The notes under the pieces are model-generated. The model ran no database searches. It had not been told where the DNA came from and worked only from the letters and a program-made list of their open reading frames with translations. The translations under genes and the position numbers were made by a program. This document shows positions 1 through 9,388 of a stretch of 35,859 nucleotides of DNA, piece after piece. This stretch comes from Lachnospiraceae bacterium. GTDB taxonomy: Bacteria > Bacillota > Clostridia > Lachnospirales > Lachnospiraceae. The DNA is taken from contig DPJQ01000217.1 in the NCBI GenBank assembly GCA_003542935.1, positions 1 through 35,859 on the forward strand, given 5' to 3'. The stretch's first letter is position 1. Each line of letters opens with the position of its first letter.

Positions 1-309
1 TCGGGCGGCAACCAGCAGAAAGCCGTGATCGCCCGGTGGCTGGTGGAGAAACCGGACATCCTGTTCCTTGATGAGCCGACCCAGGGGATTGATGTGGGGG
101 CAAAAGACGAGATCTACGGGATCATCAATGAACTGTCCAAAAACGGTACAAGTATTATCATGGTGTCCAGTGAAATGCAGGAGAACCTGAGTCTGTGCGA
201 CAGGGTCATCACTTTATATGAAGGCCAGGTGACCGGGGAAATCCGGCGCAGTGAGCTGTCAGAGGAGAGAATGATGGCAGGGATGTCCATGGAAAAAGAA
301 GCAGAATAG
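1..309 (+). CDS. ABC transporter ATP-binding protein, C-terminal part (5' end lies outside the window)
   Basis: Frame 1 is open from base 1. The translation SGGNQQKAVIARWLVEKPDILFLDEPTQGIDVGAK... has the ABC signature and Walker B typical of the second cassette of RbsA/MglA-like sugar importer ATPases. Stop at 307-309. Confidence 0.85.
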   Translation, partial: SGGNQQKAVIARWLVEKPDILFLDEPTQGIDVGAKDEIYGIINELSKNGTSIIMVSSEMQENLSLCDRVITLYEGQVTGEIRRSELSEERMMAGMSMEKEAE

Positions 310-317
310 GAGGAAAT

Positions 318-1595
318 ATGTCAACAAGCAGGGAACGTTTAGACCAGACTTTAAATCATATAGAACCGGATCAGGTAGTGGTGGACATGGGTTCCACCCC
401 CATCACCGGCATCAACGCCAATGCCCTTGACCGTCTGCGCAGGGCGCTGCATCTGGAGGAGAGAAAGATCAAGATCAATGAGCCGCTGCAGCTTCTGGGA
501 GAAGTGGAGGAGGATGTGCGGCAGGCGCTCCATCTGGACTGTGTGGATGTAACCACCAATATGAATATGTTTGGCTTTTCCAATGCGGGCAGGAAACCCT
601 GGACGATGCAGTCGGGGCTGGAGGTGGACGTACCTACGGAGTTTATGACCACGGTGGATGAAAAGGGGCGCACCTTTTTGTATCCCCAGGGGGATACAAG
701 CGTACCTCCTTCCGGGATGATGCCGAAAAACGGGTTCTTCTTCGATAATATCGTGCGCAACAGCATGGAGTACGACGAGGATACCAGTGGGGCGAAGATC
801 CATTTTAAAGACGATTTTGCCCTGATCACAGATGAGCAGCTCCGTTTTATGGAAAAACAGTGCGACGATTACTACAATAATACGGAGTATGGCATTGTGG
901 CCAGCGGAGCCCTGGCCTCCCTGGGAGATTTCGCCATCGTGCCGGGACCAAATGTCAAACATCCGGAAGGGATCCGCAATCTGCCGGACTTCATGATGGC
1001 CCACTCGATCTGCCCGGACTACATCCATGAGCTTTTCGAGATGCATACGGAGTACGGGCTGAAGAATGCGGAGATGATCTATCAGGCCTGTGGAAACAAG
1101 ATCCAGGCCATCTACATCTCGGGGACGGATTTCGGTATCCAGACGGGACCCTTCGTGTCGGTGGATACCTATCGGGAATTCTATAAGCCCTATTACAAGA
1201 AGATCAACGACTGGATCCACAAAAATACGAAGTGGAAGACTTTCTTCCACACCTGCGGGGCCATCACCACATTTCTGCAGGACTTCTATGAAGCCGGTGT
1301 GGATATTCTGAACCCGGTACAGCTCTCGGCCAGGGGAATGGACGGCAAAAAGCTGAAAGAACAGTGGGGAGATAAGTTCGTCTTCTGGGGCGGCGGTGTG
1401 GATACACAGCGGACTCTGCCCTTCGGTACGCCGGAGGAGGTGTATAAAGAAGTCACCGAACGTCTGGAGCTGTTCTCCAAAGGCGGCGGTTTTGTATTCA
1501 ATACTACCCACAATATCCAGAGCCAGATCAGCGCGGAAAATATGATGGCCATGTTCAAGGCAGTGGAAGATTTTAAGATGAAGAATAAAGCATAA
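318..1595 (+). CDS. Uroporphyrinogen decarboxylase (URO-D) family protein, MtaA/CmuA-like methyltransferase fold
   Basis: 425-aa ORF with GGAGG 6 nt upstream of the ATG. C-terminal half shows ...FFHTCGAITTFLQDFYEAGVDILNPVQ...FVFWGGGVDTQ..., typical of the URO-D/MtaA family. Assigned from memory of the family pattern. Confidence 0.65.
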   Translation: MSTSRERLDQTLNHIEPDQVVVDMGSTPITGINANALDRLRRALHLEERKIKINEPLQLLGEVEEDVRQALHLDCVDVTTNMNMFGFSNAGRKPWTMQSGLEVDVPTEFMTTVDEKGRTFLYPQGDTSVPPSGMMPKNGFFFDNIVRNSMEYDEDTSGAKIHFKDDFALITDEQLRFMEKQCDDYYNNTEYGIVASGALASLGDFAIVPGPNVKHPEGIRNLPDFMMAHSICPDYIHELFEMHTEYGLKNAEMIYQACGNKIQAIYISGTDFGIQTGPFVSVDTYREFYKPYYKKINDWIHKNTKWKTFFHTCGAITTFLQDFYEAGVDILNPVQLSARGMDGKKLKEQWGDKFVFWGGGVDTQRTLPFGTPEEVYKEVTERLELFSKGGGFVFNTTHNIQSQISAENMMAMFKAVEDFKMKNKA

Positions 1596-1613
1596 AGTAT
1601 AAGGGGCGAAATA

Positions 1614-1677
1614 AATAACCGTTCTTGCGGAATCCGCATTTTTGGCGTATTCTGGAACAGAACGGTTATTTTTTTGA
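1614..1677 (+). terminator. Putative rho-independent terminator after the URO-D family gene
   Basis: 12-bp perfect stem AATAACCGTTCT (1614-1625) / AGAACGGTTATT (1659-1670) followed by a T7 run. The loop is long (33 nt) and holds a small GCGG-AAT-CCGC hairpin plus T5. Confidence 0.45.
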
Positions 1678-1708
1678 GATTTGGCAGGAACGGATAGAAG
1701 ATATTGCG

Positions 1709-3442
1709 ATGGCTGCGGCATTATGGAACGAAAAGTTTTACAAAACAAAACAGGAGAAGGAAAAACTGCGGATTGCCGTGGAACTGTGTCTGCATGACGT
1801 GAGTGAAAAACCGGCTGCGCCGGATATAGAGCGTTATCTCAGATTGCGTCAGCGTCCGGCTGCGGAGTTTCTGATACGGCAGGGAGATCTGGCGGGAATG
1901 CGTAAACTGGTATCTTATTCCTGGTTTGAGAGAAAATATCTCCCGGACTATCTGCGGATGGCCCAGGAGACAGGCCGGACGGAGCTGGTGGCGGAGCTGC
2001 TGCGGGAATGGTATGGAATGTGCAAAGTGAAAGGCAAAGCAGGGAGTGGGCGGGAGTGTTCCGGTGGAGGGGAGGACCGTGGAAAAGAAAAAAGAATTGC
2101 CGGGCCCGGCTGCGGTACGGCAGATGAGGGGGCAGAAAGGTTTTCCCAGGAAAACAGAATCGTGGAAAACGGACAGAAGAGAGGCGATCCGGGGCGTACG
2201 GCCCGGGAGATCGTGCAGCTGACGATCCAGAGCCTGATGCAGCGTTTCCCGTTTCTCGGAGGTGCGCTGCTGGCACTGGAACCCGTGCAGACGGACAGAG
2301 AGCTGCCGGAGCAGATGCGGACGGCAGGAGAGTCGGAAGGAAAAGAAAATGCAGGGCAGGATGCGGCGGACGAAACGGATAAGATGCCGGCTGCATTTGG
2401 CACGGACGGTGAGAAATTGTATTATGAGCCCCGGACAGTCTGCTGTCTCTTTCAACAGGGGCCCCATATTCTGGAACATCTGGCGCTGCACAGTCTGTTT
2501 CACTGTCTGCTCTGCCATATATTTTTGCCCTGTGGGGACGGAGACAGAGAGGGGGCGGATCGGGCGGCGGACGAAATGGTAGATGAACAGCTTGGCCGTA
2601 TGATGGAGAGAGTGGAGATGATCCGTGACTGCCATGATTTCTGGCCGTCACGCCGGGAAAACTGTACGGGGGCCGATCCGGGACAGATGGAACTTTTGCG
2701 CCGTCGGTGGAAACATCTGGCGGCCGGAGAGGGCAGCGGCGGCATGGGCCCGGTACACGGGAAAAACAGCGGCGGACTGTATCAGGATTACGGATGCAGG
2801 AAACGAAAAGCCTATGACTACCGCCGTTTTCTGGAGCGGTTTATGGTGCGCCGGGAAGAACGGATGCTGGATATGGAGAATTTTGATCCGATATGGTATC
2901 ATTACAGCCGCAGCCGATATGAAGGGCTGGTACTTTTGGAGCCTTTGGAAACCAGGGAGGTGACCCGGCTGGAGGAGATTCTGATCGCTATTGATACTTC
3001 AGCTTCCTGTTCCGGAGAGGTGGTGGAGCGGTTCCTTGATGAAACTTTTGCAATTCTGGAGCGTCAGGAACATTTTTTTCACAGGATGAATGTCCATATC
3101 GTCCAGTGCGACTGTATGATTCAGGATCATGTGCGGATCACCTGCGAGCGGGAGTGGCGGGAGTACCGGGAACATCTGAAGATCCGGGGCCTGGGCGATA
3201 CGGATTTTACGCCGGTCTTTGCCCTGGCCGGGGGGCTGGAGCGTGCCGGACAGATCAGGGAACTGAAAGGGATTTTGTATTTCACCGACGGGGACGGCAT
3301 CTTTCCCCGAAAAGCGCCGCCCTGGCCCTCGGCATTTGTGTTTTTAAATCATGAATTAGAGAAACATGAGCTGCCGGACTGGGCGATACGGCTGAATCTG
3401 GAGGAAGGCTGGGAATATGGATTATCGGAAAGAAAACGGTAG
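1709..3442 (+). CDS. VWA domain protein with N-terminal DUF2201-type (putative metallopeptidase-like) domain
   Basis: The C-terminus has an intact MIDAS-type VWA motif set (IAIDTSASCSG = DxSxS, GLGDTDFTP, ILYFTDGDG). The middle part has the DUF2201_N-like pattern (RFPFLGGALLAL...FGTDGEKLYYEP...LALHSLFHCLLCH). I chose the ATG at 1709 because the TTG at 1625 lies inside the upstream terminator hairpin. Confidence 0.7.
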   Translation: MAAALWNEKFYKTKQEKEKLRIAVELCLHDVSEKPAAPDIERYLRLRQRPAAEFLIRQGDLAGMRKLVSYSWFERKYLPDYLRMAQETGRTELVAELLREWYGMCKVKGKAGSGRECSGGGEDRGKEKRIAGPGCGTADEGAERFSQENRIVENGQKRGDPGRTAREIVQLTIQSLMQRFPFLGGALLALEPVQTDRELPEQMRTAGESEGKENAGQDAADETDKMPAAFGTDGEKLYYEPRTVCCLFQQGPHILEHLALHSLFHCLLCHIFLPCGDGDREGADRAADEMVDEQLGRMMERVEMIRDCHDFWPSRRENCTGADPGQMELLRRRWKHLAAGEGSGGMGPVHGKNSGGLYQDYGCRKRKAYDYRRFLERFMVRREERMLDMENFDPIWYHYSRSRYEGLVLLEPLETREVTRLEEILIAIDTSASCSGEVVERFLDETFAILERQEHFFHRMNVHIVQCDCMIQDHVRITCEREWREYREHLKIRGLGDTDFTPVFALAGGLERAGQIRELKGILYFTDGDGIFPRKAPPWPSAFVFLNHELEKHELPDWAIRLNLEEGWEYGLSERKR

Positions 3443-3492
3443 ATATTGATCAAAAACGGCGTACAGGTTATTTCAAGGACGGATTACTATAT

Positions 3493-5007
3493 ATGAATAT
3501 ACAACAGGCAAAAGAAGAAATTATACACACAATCCACGCTTACACGGCAAAGGACGAGGCGGGTAATTACCGGATACCGCCCCTGCGCCAGCGGCCCATC
3601 CTGCTGATCGGCCCTCCGGGGGTGGGAAAGACAGCCGTCGTGGAGCAGGCTGCGGCGGAGTGTGGGATCGGCCTTGTGGCTTACACGATCACTCACCATA
3701 CCCGCCAGAGCGCCGTGGGGCTGCCGGTGATCAGCCATAAGATCTGGCAGGGCCGGGAGTATACGGTGACTGAGTACACCATGAGCGAGATTATAGGATC
3801 TGTCTATGAGACGATGGAGCAGACAGGATGTCGGGAGGGGATCCTGTTTATCGATGAGATCAACTGTGTCTCCGAGACACTGATGCCGACCATGCTGCAG
3901 CTTCTCCAGGCCAAACGTTTCGGAGAATACCGGGTGCCCGCCGGATGGGTCATTGTGACGGCAGGGAATCCCAGGGAGTATAACGCCTCTGTCCATGAGT
4001 TTGATATGGTGACGCTGGATCGGGTGAAAAAGATTACCGTGGAGGCGGATTACGACGCCTGGCTGTCCTATGCCTGCGGCCATGATATTCACGGTTCTAT
4101 TCTGTTCTATCTGGACGGAAACCGTGGGAATTTTTATCATATCAGCGGGAGTGGAGAAAACAGGCAGTTTTTGACAGCCCGGGGCTGGGAGGATCTCTCG
4201 GTGGTAATCCGGGAATATGAGCGGGAGGATATTCCCGTGACTCCGGGGCTCATCGAACAGTATCTACAGTGCCCTGAGATTGCCGCGGATTATTTTGGCT
4301 GGTATCAGCTGTACGGCAGATGCGGTGAGAAGCTGCGTCTGAAAGAGTCCTGGGAAGGGCGGCTTAATCGAAAAGAGCGGGAGGCACAAAAGGAGGCTGT
4401 CCGGCTGTCCGGCTGGGAAGAGCGTCTCTGTGTCAGCCGTTATTTTACTGAAAAGCTGACGGGGATGCTGGAGGAATCGGAGAGGGAGGAGGCATTGTGC
4501 CGCGAAACAGAAAGGTTATGGCAGCGTTTCCTGGGACAGGTATCGGAGATGAACGGTATCCCGGAACAGTTCCGCGGCTGGCTCAGGAAGGAAAATCATG
4601 CCCTTGAGATTAAGAGTGAGCAGGGGCTTGTGGATGAGGGGGAGGAGAGGGGAACCAGACAGGCATTGTATGTGCTCCGCGCTCTTTACCTGGAACTGGC
4701 CGGGCGGCAGGAGGGAACCGGGGAAGAGTGGGAGGCCCGTGCCGCCGTCTGGCTGCAGAAACGGCAGAATGATCATCGGGAGCGGGATCGGGAGCGGCAG
4801 GAAAAACTGTCGGATACGCTCCGGAGCCTGTCGGATACTCTGGGAACGGGGACGGAATTTGTCAGCCTTTTGTCGGCCATGGCGGTCAATCAGGACTGTG
4901 TACGTTTTCTGATCCGGCATCCCTGCAGCGTTTTTGCCGGATATGCCTCCCTTCTGCAAGTGGATGACCGGCGCAGACGTTTGCAGCAGGTTTTTGAGAA
5001 GGATTGA
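3493..5007 (+). CDS. MoxR-like AAA+ ATPase (AAA_5 type) with a long C-terminal charged/coiled extension
   Basis: Walker A LLIGPPGVGKT, Walker B GILFIDEINC and sensor region VIVTAGNP. Adjacency to a VWA protein is the classic MoxR-VWA pairing. About 270 aa of E/R-rich C-terminal sequence follow the ATPase core. Confidence 0.8.
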   Translation: MNIQQAKEEIIHTIHAYTAKDEAGNYRIPPLRQRPILLIGPPGVGKTAVVEQAAAECGIGLVAYTITHHTRQSAVGLPVISHKIWQGREYTVTEYTMSEIIGSVYETMEQTGCREGILFIDEINCVSETLMPTMLQLLQAKRFGEYRVPAGWVIVTAGNPREYNASVHEFDMVTLDRVKKITVEADYDAWLSYACGHDIHGSILFYLDGNRGNFYHISGSGENRQFLTARGWEDLSVVIREYEREDIPVTPGLIEQYLQCPEIAADYFGWYQLYGRCGEKLRLKESWEGRLNRKEREAQKEAVRLSGWEERLCVSRYFTEKLTGMLEESEREEALCRETERLWQRFLGQVSEMNGIPEQFRGWLRKENHALEIKSEQGLVDEGEERGTRQALYVLRALYLELAGRQEGTGEEWEARAAVWLQKRQNDHRERDRERQEKLSDTLRSLSDTLGTGTEFVSLLSAMAVNQDCVRFLIRHPCSVFAGYASLLQVDDRRRRLQQVFEKD

Positions 5008-5047
5008 CTTTTTTTGCATACTGATATATAATTTTTTGTATAAAATG

Positions 5048-5078
5048 ATGCTCTTTTAGTGATAAAAGAGCATTTTTT
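5048..5078 (+). terminator. Rho-independent terminator after the AAA+ ATPase gene
   Basis: Stem ATGCTCTTTTA / TAAAAGAGCAT (11 bp perfect), loop GTGA, followed by TTTTT. Confidence 0.65.
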
Positions 5079-5194
5079 GATTCCATGGGTAACAAAATGA
5101 CTGCGCAGATCGCTGCCTTTTATGTATCAGGCGCACAAAGGGCGTGTGTGATGCGGGAATTTTGTGAAAGTTTTACAAGAACGAAGGGGGAAAT

Positions 5195-5704
5195 ATGCTA
5201 AAGACGGGCGACTATGTGGTACATTCCATGGAGGGCGTGTGTGAAGTACGGGATGTTGTGGAAATGAAAAAGGGCAGAGAGATGGTTTCTTACTACCAGC
5301 TCTGTTCGTGGCCGGACAAACGAACGACAGTGTATGTTCCTGTGAATCAGGAAAACGGCCGTGTGCGTCTGCGGGCACTGCTGACACGGGATGAAGTGCG
5401 GGATATCTGCCTGGAACTGCAGGAGTCGGAGGTGGAATGGGTTTCCGATATCGGCAAAAGGCAGGAGCAGATGTTGGAGGTTCTGCGGGAGGGAAATCCG
5501 GGCCGGATGGCCCGCATGACCAAGATGCTGATGATCAAGGATCTGGAAAAACCGTTGGGGAGCCGGGATAAGTCTACGCTCCTGACCGCCCAGAAAGTGT
5601 TGTTTTCAGAGATTGCCATGGCTACGGGAATGGACTTTCAGTCTGTCCAGCGGGCTGTCAAGCAGAACCTGAAAGATCCCAGCGAGCCGCTGCCTTTCGT
5701 GTAG
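5195..5704 (+). CDS. CarD/CdnL family transcriptional regulator
   Basis: N-terminus MLKTGDYVVHSMEGVCEVRDVVEMKKG...YYQL...VYVPV matches the CarD_CdnL_TRCF RNAP-interacting domain, followed by a helical C-terminal domain. GGGGGA RBS upstream of the ATG. Confidence 0.8.
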   Translation: MLKTGDYVVHSMEGVCEVRDVVEMKKGREMVSYYQLCSWPDKRTTVYVPVNQENGRVRLRALLTRDEVRDICLELQESEVEWVSDIGKRQEQMLEVLREGNPGRMARMTKMLMIKDLEKPLGSRDKSTLLTAQKVLFSEIAMATGMDFQSVQRAVKQNLKDPSEPLPFV

Positions 5705-5763
5705 AGGCAGGCTGAACTGTCACGCTTCCGGTATTTAGCGGCCGACGAACTTTGCTTTCGCTA

Positions 5764-5792
5764 TTTACATTCAGGCGCGAAGATGATAGAAT
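5764..5792 (+). promoter_or_regulatory. Candidate sigma-A promoter for aspartate kinase
   Basis: TTTACA (5764-5769), 17-nt spacer, TAGAAT (5787-5792), about 50 nt upstream of the start codon. Confidence 0.4.
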
Positions 5793-5842
5793 TTATGAGG
5801 ATTTTTTTGCGCATTACCTGAAATAAATAGACGGAGGAAATT

Positions 5843-7162
5843 ATGAAAAAAGTAGTCAAGTTCGGCGGCAGTTCTCTGGCCAGTGCCGAACAGTTTCGGA
5901 AGGTCGGAAATATCATCCGCTCTGATTCCACCAGAAAATATGTGGTGCCGTCCGCTCCCGGCAAGCGTTTTGCAGGAGATGCGAAGGTTACGGATATGCT
6001 ATATAAATGCTATGAGGCGGCGGAAGCGGGCGAGGATTTTTCCGGGCAGCTTGCTGCAATCAGGGAGCGATATCAGGAGATCATCGACGGGCTGGAGCTT
6101 TCATTGTCTTTGAAGGAAGAATTTGCCGCAATTGAGAAGCATTTCCGTGATCGGGCGGGTGTGCAGTATGCGGCCTCCCGCGGTGAGTATTTGAACGGCA
6201 TCATTATGTCCCGGTATCTGGATTTTGCTTTTGTAGATGCGGCGGAAGGTATCGTGTTCGGGGAAGACGGTACCCTTGACAGTATTGCCACCAATCGGAA
6301 GCTGGGTGAGCTTCTGAACGATCTGGAGTATGCCGTGATCCCGGGATTTTACGGAGCGTCGGCAGACGGAACGGTGCATACTTTTTCCAGAGGCGGATCC
6401 GATATCACGGGTTCCCTGGTGGCGAGGGCCACGAAGGCGGATCTTTATGAAAACTGGACAGATGTATCCGGCTGTCTGGTGACGGATCCGCGGGTGGTGG
6501 AGAATCCGGTGCCCATCGAGATTATTACCTATAAAGAATTGCGGGAGCTATCTTATATGGGAGCCACCGTGCTGCATGAGGATGCGATTTTCCCGGTACG
6601 CACCGTGGGGATCCCCATCAATATACGCAATACGAATCGACCTCAGGATAAGGGAACCATGATCGTGCGGGATACCTGCAGCCGGTCCGAGTATACGATC
6701 ACCGGTATTGCGGGAAAGAAAGGTTTTGCTTCCATCACCATCGAGAAGGGTATGATGAACTCTGAGATAGGGTTTGGCAGGAAAGTGCTTCAGGTATTTG
6801 AAGAGAATGGCATTTCCTTTGAACATATGCCCTCCGGGATAGACACGATGACGATTCTGGCGCACCAGACGGAATTTGCAGAGCACGAACAGAAGGTGCT
6901 GACAGGCATCCAGAAAGCCGTACATCCCGACAGCGTATCCCTGGAGGCAGATTTGGCTTTAATCGCTGTCGTAGGAAGAGGAATGAAGTCTACCCGGGGT
7001 ACGGCGGGACGGATTTTCTCCGCACTGGCCCACGCCCACGTCAATGTCAAGATGATCGACCAGGGTTCCAGCGAGCTGAACATTATCATTGGAGTGGCAA
7101 ATGATGATTTTGAAACGGCAATTCGGGCCATATACAATATCTTTGTGCTTTGCAGGATTTAA
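5843..7162 (+). CDS. Aspartate kinase
   Basis: MKKVVKFGGSSLASAEQFRKV... is the amino-acid kinase N-terminus. The 439-aa protein has C-terminal ACT-like repeats (...LIAVVGRGMKSTRGTAGRIFSALA...NIIIGV). GGAGG RBS. Confidence 0.9.
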   Translation: MKKVVKFGGSSLASAEQFRKVGNIIRSDSTRKYVVPSAPGKRFAGDAKVTDMLYKCYEAAEAGEDFSGQLAAIRERYQEIIDGLELSLSLKEEFAAIEKHFRDRAGVQYAASRGEYLNGIIMSRYLDFAFVDAAEGIVFGEDGTLDSIATNRKLGELLNDLEYAVIPGFYGASADGTVHTFSRGGSDITGSLVARATKADLYENWTDVSGCLVTDPRVVENPVPIEIITYKELRELSYMGATVLHEDAIFPVRTVGIPINIRNTNRPQDKGTMIVRDTCSRSEYTITGIAGKKGFASITIEKGMMNSEIGFGRKVLQVFEENGISFEHMPSGIDTMTILAHQTEFAEHEQKVLTGIQKAVHPDSVSLEADLALIAVVGRGMKSTRGTAGRIFSALAHAHVNVKMIDQGSSELNIIIGVANDDFETAIRAIYNIFVLCRI

Positions 7163-7173
7163 GGGAGGCAGTT

Positions 7174-7869
7174 ATGAAACGTGTATTGTTGAAACTGAGC
7201 GGTGAGGCCCTGGCCGGTGAGAAAAAGACCGGTTTTGACGAGCCCACGGTCACGGCGGTGGCAAAGCAGGTGAAACGGCTGGTGGATCAAGGCATCCAGG
7301 TGGGTATCGTTATTGGCGGCGGCAATTTCTGGCGGGGGCGTACCAGTGAGACTATTGACAGGCCCAAAGCGGATCAGATCGGTATGCTGGCTACTGTTAT
7401 GAATTGTATCTACGTGTCGGAGATCTTCCGGTCTGTGGGAATCGGCACGGAGATTATGACACCGTTTTTGTGCAGCTCCTTTACTTCTCTGTTTTCAAAG
7501 GACGGGGCAGTGTCGGCCCTGGAAGCGGGGAAGGTGGTATTTTTTGCCGGGGGCACGGGCCATCCCTATTTTTCTACAGATACGGCAACAGTGCTCCGGG
7601 CTGTGGAGATAGAGGCGGAAACGATTCTTTTAGCCAAGGCGGTGGACGGCATCTATGACAGTGATCCCAAGGTAAATCCGGATGCCGTTAAATATGATGA
7701 GATTACGATTCAGGAAGTCATTGACCGCAGGCTGGCAGCCATGGATCTGTCGGCGTCTATCATGTGTATGGAAAACCATATGCCCATGCTGGTCTTTTTG
7801 CTAAATGGAGAAGACAGTATTGTTCGTGCGGCCAGGGGAGAGATTGAAGGTACCAGAGTTACGGTGTAG
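7174..7869 (+). CDS. pyrH: UMP kinase
   Basis: MKRVLLKLSGEALAG...VIGGGNFWRG...FAGGTGHPYFSTDTAT. RBS AAGGGAGG lies 6 nt upstream of the ATG at 7174. The ORF-track start at 7150 overlaps the aspartate kinase stop and has no RBS. Confidence 0.95.
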   Translation: MKRVLLKLSGEALAGEKKTGFDEPTVTAVAKQVKRLVDQGIQVGIVIGGGNFWRGRTSETIDRPKADQIGMLATVMNCIYVSEIFRSVGIGTEIMTPFLCSSFTSLFSKDGAVSALEAGKVVFFAGGTGHPYFSTDTATVLRAVEIEAETILLAKAVDGIYDSDPKVNPDAVKYDEITIQEVIDRRLAAMDLSASIMCMENHMPMLVFLLNGEDSIVRAARGEIEGTRVTV

Positions 7870-7959
7870 AAAAGAGCAGTTGATTCTCACGACACAGGGG
7901 ATAGACGTGTCTGTCCGGCTTGCTGTACGTGGAAATAATGACCACAGGAGGATTTTTAT

Positions 7960-8514
7960 ATGAATGAGAAAATTCAGGCTTATGAGACAAAGATGGGAAA
8001 GACACTGGCAAATCTGGAGTCTGAGTTCGGCGCCATCCGGGCCGGACGCGCCAATCCCCATGTGCTGGACAGATTGTATGTGGATTATTACGGTACGCCG
8101 TCACCGATCCAGCAGGTAGCCAATGTGTCCGTACCGGATCCCCGGGTGATCCAGATTCAGCCCTGGGAAAATAAGATGATCAAAATCATCGAGAAAGCGA
8201 TTATGACCTCTGATCTGGGCATCAATCCTACCAATGACGGTAAGTCGATCCGTCTGGTATTCCCGGAACTCACTGAGGAGCGGCGTAAAGAGCTGGTGAA
8301 GGATATCCGCAAGAAAGGGGAGGCTGCCAAAGTGGCTGTCCGCAATATCCGCCGTGATGCCAACGACATGCTGAAAAAGCTGGGTAAGGGGGAAGATATC
8401 TCCGAGGATGAGATCAAGGATATGCAGGATGAAGTCCAGAAACTGACGGACAAATACATCAAGGAAGTGGACAAAGCCGTGGAGGTTAAGTCGAAGGAAA
8501 TCTTAACAGTATAG
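7960..8514 (+). CDS. frr: Ribosome recycling factor
   Basis: 184 aa, ...FGAIRAGRANPHVLDRLYVDYYGTPSPIQQVANVSVPDPRVIQIQPWE...LTEERRKELVK..., and the canonical position after pyrH. Confidence 0.95.
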   Translation: MNEKIQAYETKMGKTLANLESEFGAIRAGRANPHVLDRLYVDYYGTPSPIQQVANVSVPDPRVIQIQPWENKMIKIIEKAIMTSDLGINPTNDGKSIRLVFPELTEERRKELVKDIRKKGEAAKVAVRNIRRDANDMLKKLGKGEDISEDEIKDMQDEVQKLTDKYIKEVDKAVEVKSKEILTV

Positions 8515-8673
8515 AGAAATGACGTCTGGCGGGAGGCCGGACGGCAGTAAGAAAATGATATTCCGGCAGGCATCAGTGATGTTTGCCGGAAGTTGTATCG
8601 TAAGGTAACTGTGGAAGTTTGGGACAGTTATTATAGTAAGAAAGGATGGCAGACCGGGATCTGCGGATGAACG

Positions 8674-9375
8674 ATGAATATACCGAATCATGTGGCGATT
8701 ATTCTTGACGGGAATGGGCGTTGGGCAAAGGCGAAAGGGATGCCCCGCACTTATGGGCATACAAAAGGATGCGAAAATCTGGAGAAGATCTGTTATGTGG
8801 CCAGGGATGTGGGCATTAAATATCTGACCGTATACGCCTTCTCCACAGAAAACTGGAAACGATCTCCCGACGAGGTGAACGCTCTGCTGCGGCTATTCCG
8901 CAGATATCTGAAAAAATGCATTAAATCCTCCGAAGAGAATCAGATGAGGGTGAAAGTGATCGGGGATACGACAGCCTTTGAGCCGGATCTGCAGGAAAGT
9001 ATTCGCAGACTGGAAGATTTTTCCAAAGATTACGATAAACTGTATTTCCAGATTGCCTTGAATTACGGCAGCCGCGATGAGATAACGCGGGCGGTGGGCC
9101 GTCTGGCCGCCGATGTCAGGGCCGGACGGATAGAGAGTCCTGTGACGGAAGAAATGATTTCCTCTTATCTGGATACGGCGGGAGTGCCGGATCCGGATCT
9201 TTTGATCCGCACCAGCGGAGAGCAGCGTCTGTCTAATTTCCTGCTCTGGCAGCTGGCTTACACGGAATTTTATTTTACGCCGGTGGCCTGGCCGGATTTT
9301 CACAAAGAGGAATTGTTGGAGGCTATCCGGCAATATAATGACAGAGACAGACGTTACGGCGGTGTGAAGGAATGA
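8674..9375 (+). CDS. uppS: Isoprenyl transferase (undecaprenyl diphosphate synthase)
   Basis: HVAIILDGNGRWAK...TVYAFSTENWKRS...RTSGEQRLSNFLLWQLAYTEFYF. Conserved cis-prenyltransferase motifs and synteny. Confidence 0.95.
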   Translation: MNIPNHVAIILDGNGRWAKAKGMPRTYGHTKGCENLEKICYVARDVGIKYLTVYAFSTENWKRSPDEVNALLRLFRRYLKKCIKSSEENQMRVKVIGDTTAFEPDLQESIRRLEDFSKDYDKLYFQIALNYGSRDEITRAVGRLAADVRAGRIESPVTEEMISSYLDTAGVPDPDLLIRTSGEQRLSNFLLWQLAYTEFYFTPVAWPDFHKEELLEAIRQYNDRDRRYGGVKE

Positions 9376-9388
9376 CGGGGGAGGCGCT

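Noticed and set aside
1625-1708. ORF-track TTG start at 1625 for the VWA protein. Similar upstream starts: 7150 for pyrH, 10277 for dxr, 12745 for the sigma-like gene, 21901 for hppA, 27816 for GH13, 19288 for the secreted peptidase, 32453 for the PanB-like gene.
   Set aside because: The upstream extensions lack an RBS and overlap terminators, promoters or the preceding gene. Internal ATGs have good Shine-Dalgarno sequences and give N-termini matching the families.
351-1748. Long antisense ORFs opposite well-supported genes. Examples: 351..1748(-), 10234..11076(-), 10691..11455(-), 11599..12330(-), 14812..16059(+), 22861..24054(-), 25073..25930(-), 30328..31599(-), 35044..35634(-).
   Set aside because: Each overlaps a gene with clear family motifs on the other strand. 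Their translations are low-complexity, R/P/G/H-rich and without recognisable domains or RBS. This is typical of shadow ORFs in GC-rich coding DNA.
5004-5033. Near-consensus promoter-like TTGACT-17-TATAAT overlapping the stop codon of the AAA+ ATPase gene.
   Set aside because: A transcript started here would run straight into the strong terminator at 5048-5078, and carD starts a further 115 nt downstream. It is most likely a chance match in AT-rich intergenic DNA. It cannot be excluded as the origin of a very short RNA.
5710-5720. The 11-mer GGCTGAACTGT is repeated at 5710-5720 and 24267-24277, both just downstream of genes. A related GAACTGTTACA occurs at 24145.
   Set aside because: By rough expectation, hundreds of 11-mer coincidences are expected in a 36-kb window when both strands are considered. 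The flanks do not extend the similarity.
8562-8592. Hairpin TTCCGGCA...TGCCGGAA between frr and uppS.
   Set aside because: It has no following T-tract and lies within a conserved operon. It may be a weak attenuator or processing site, but the evidence is insufficient to annotate it.
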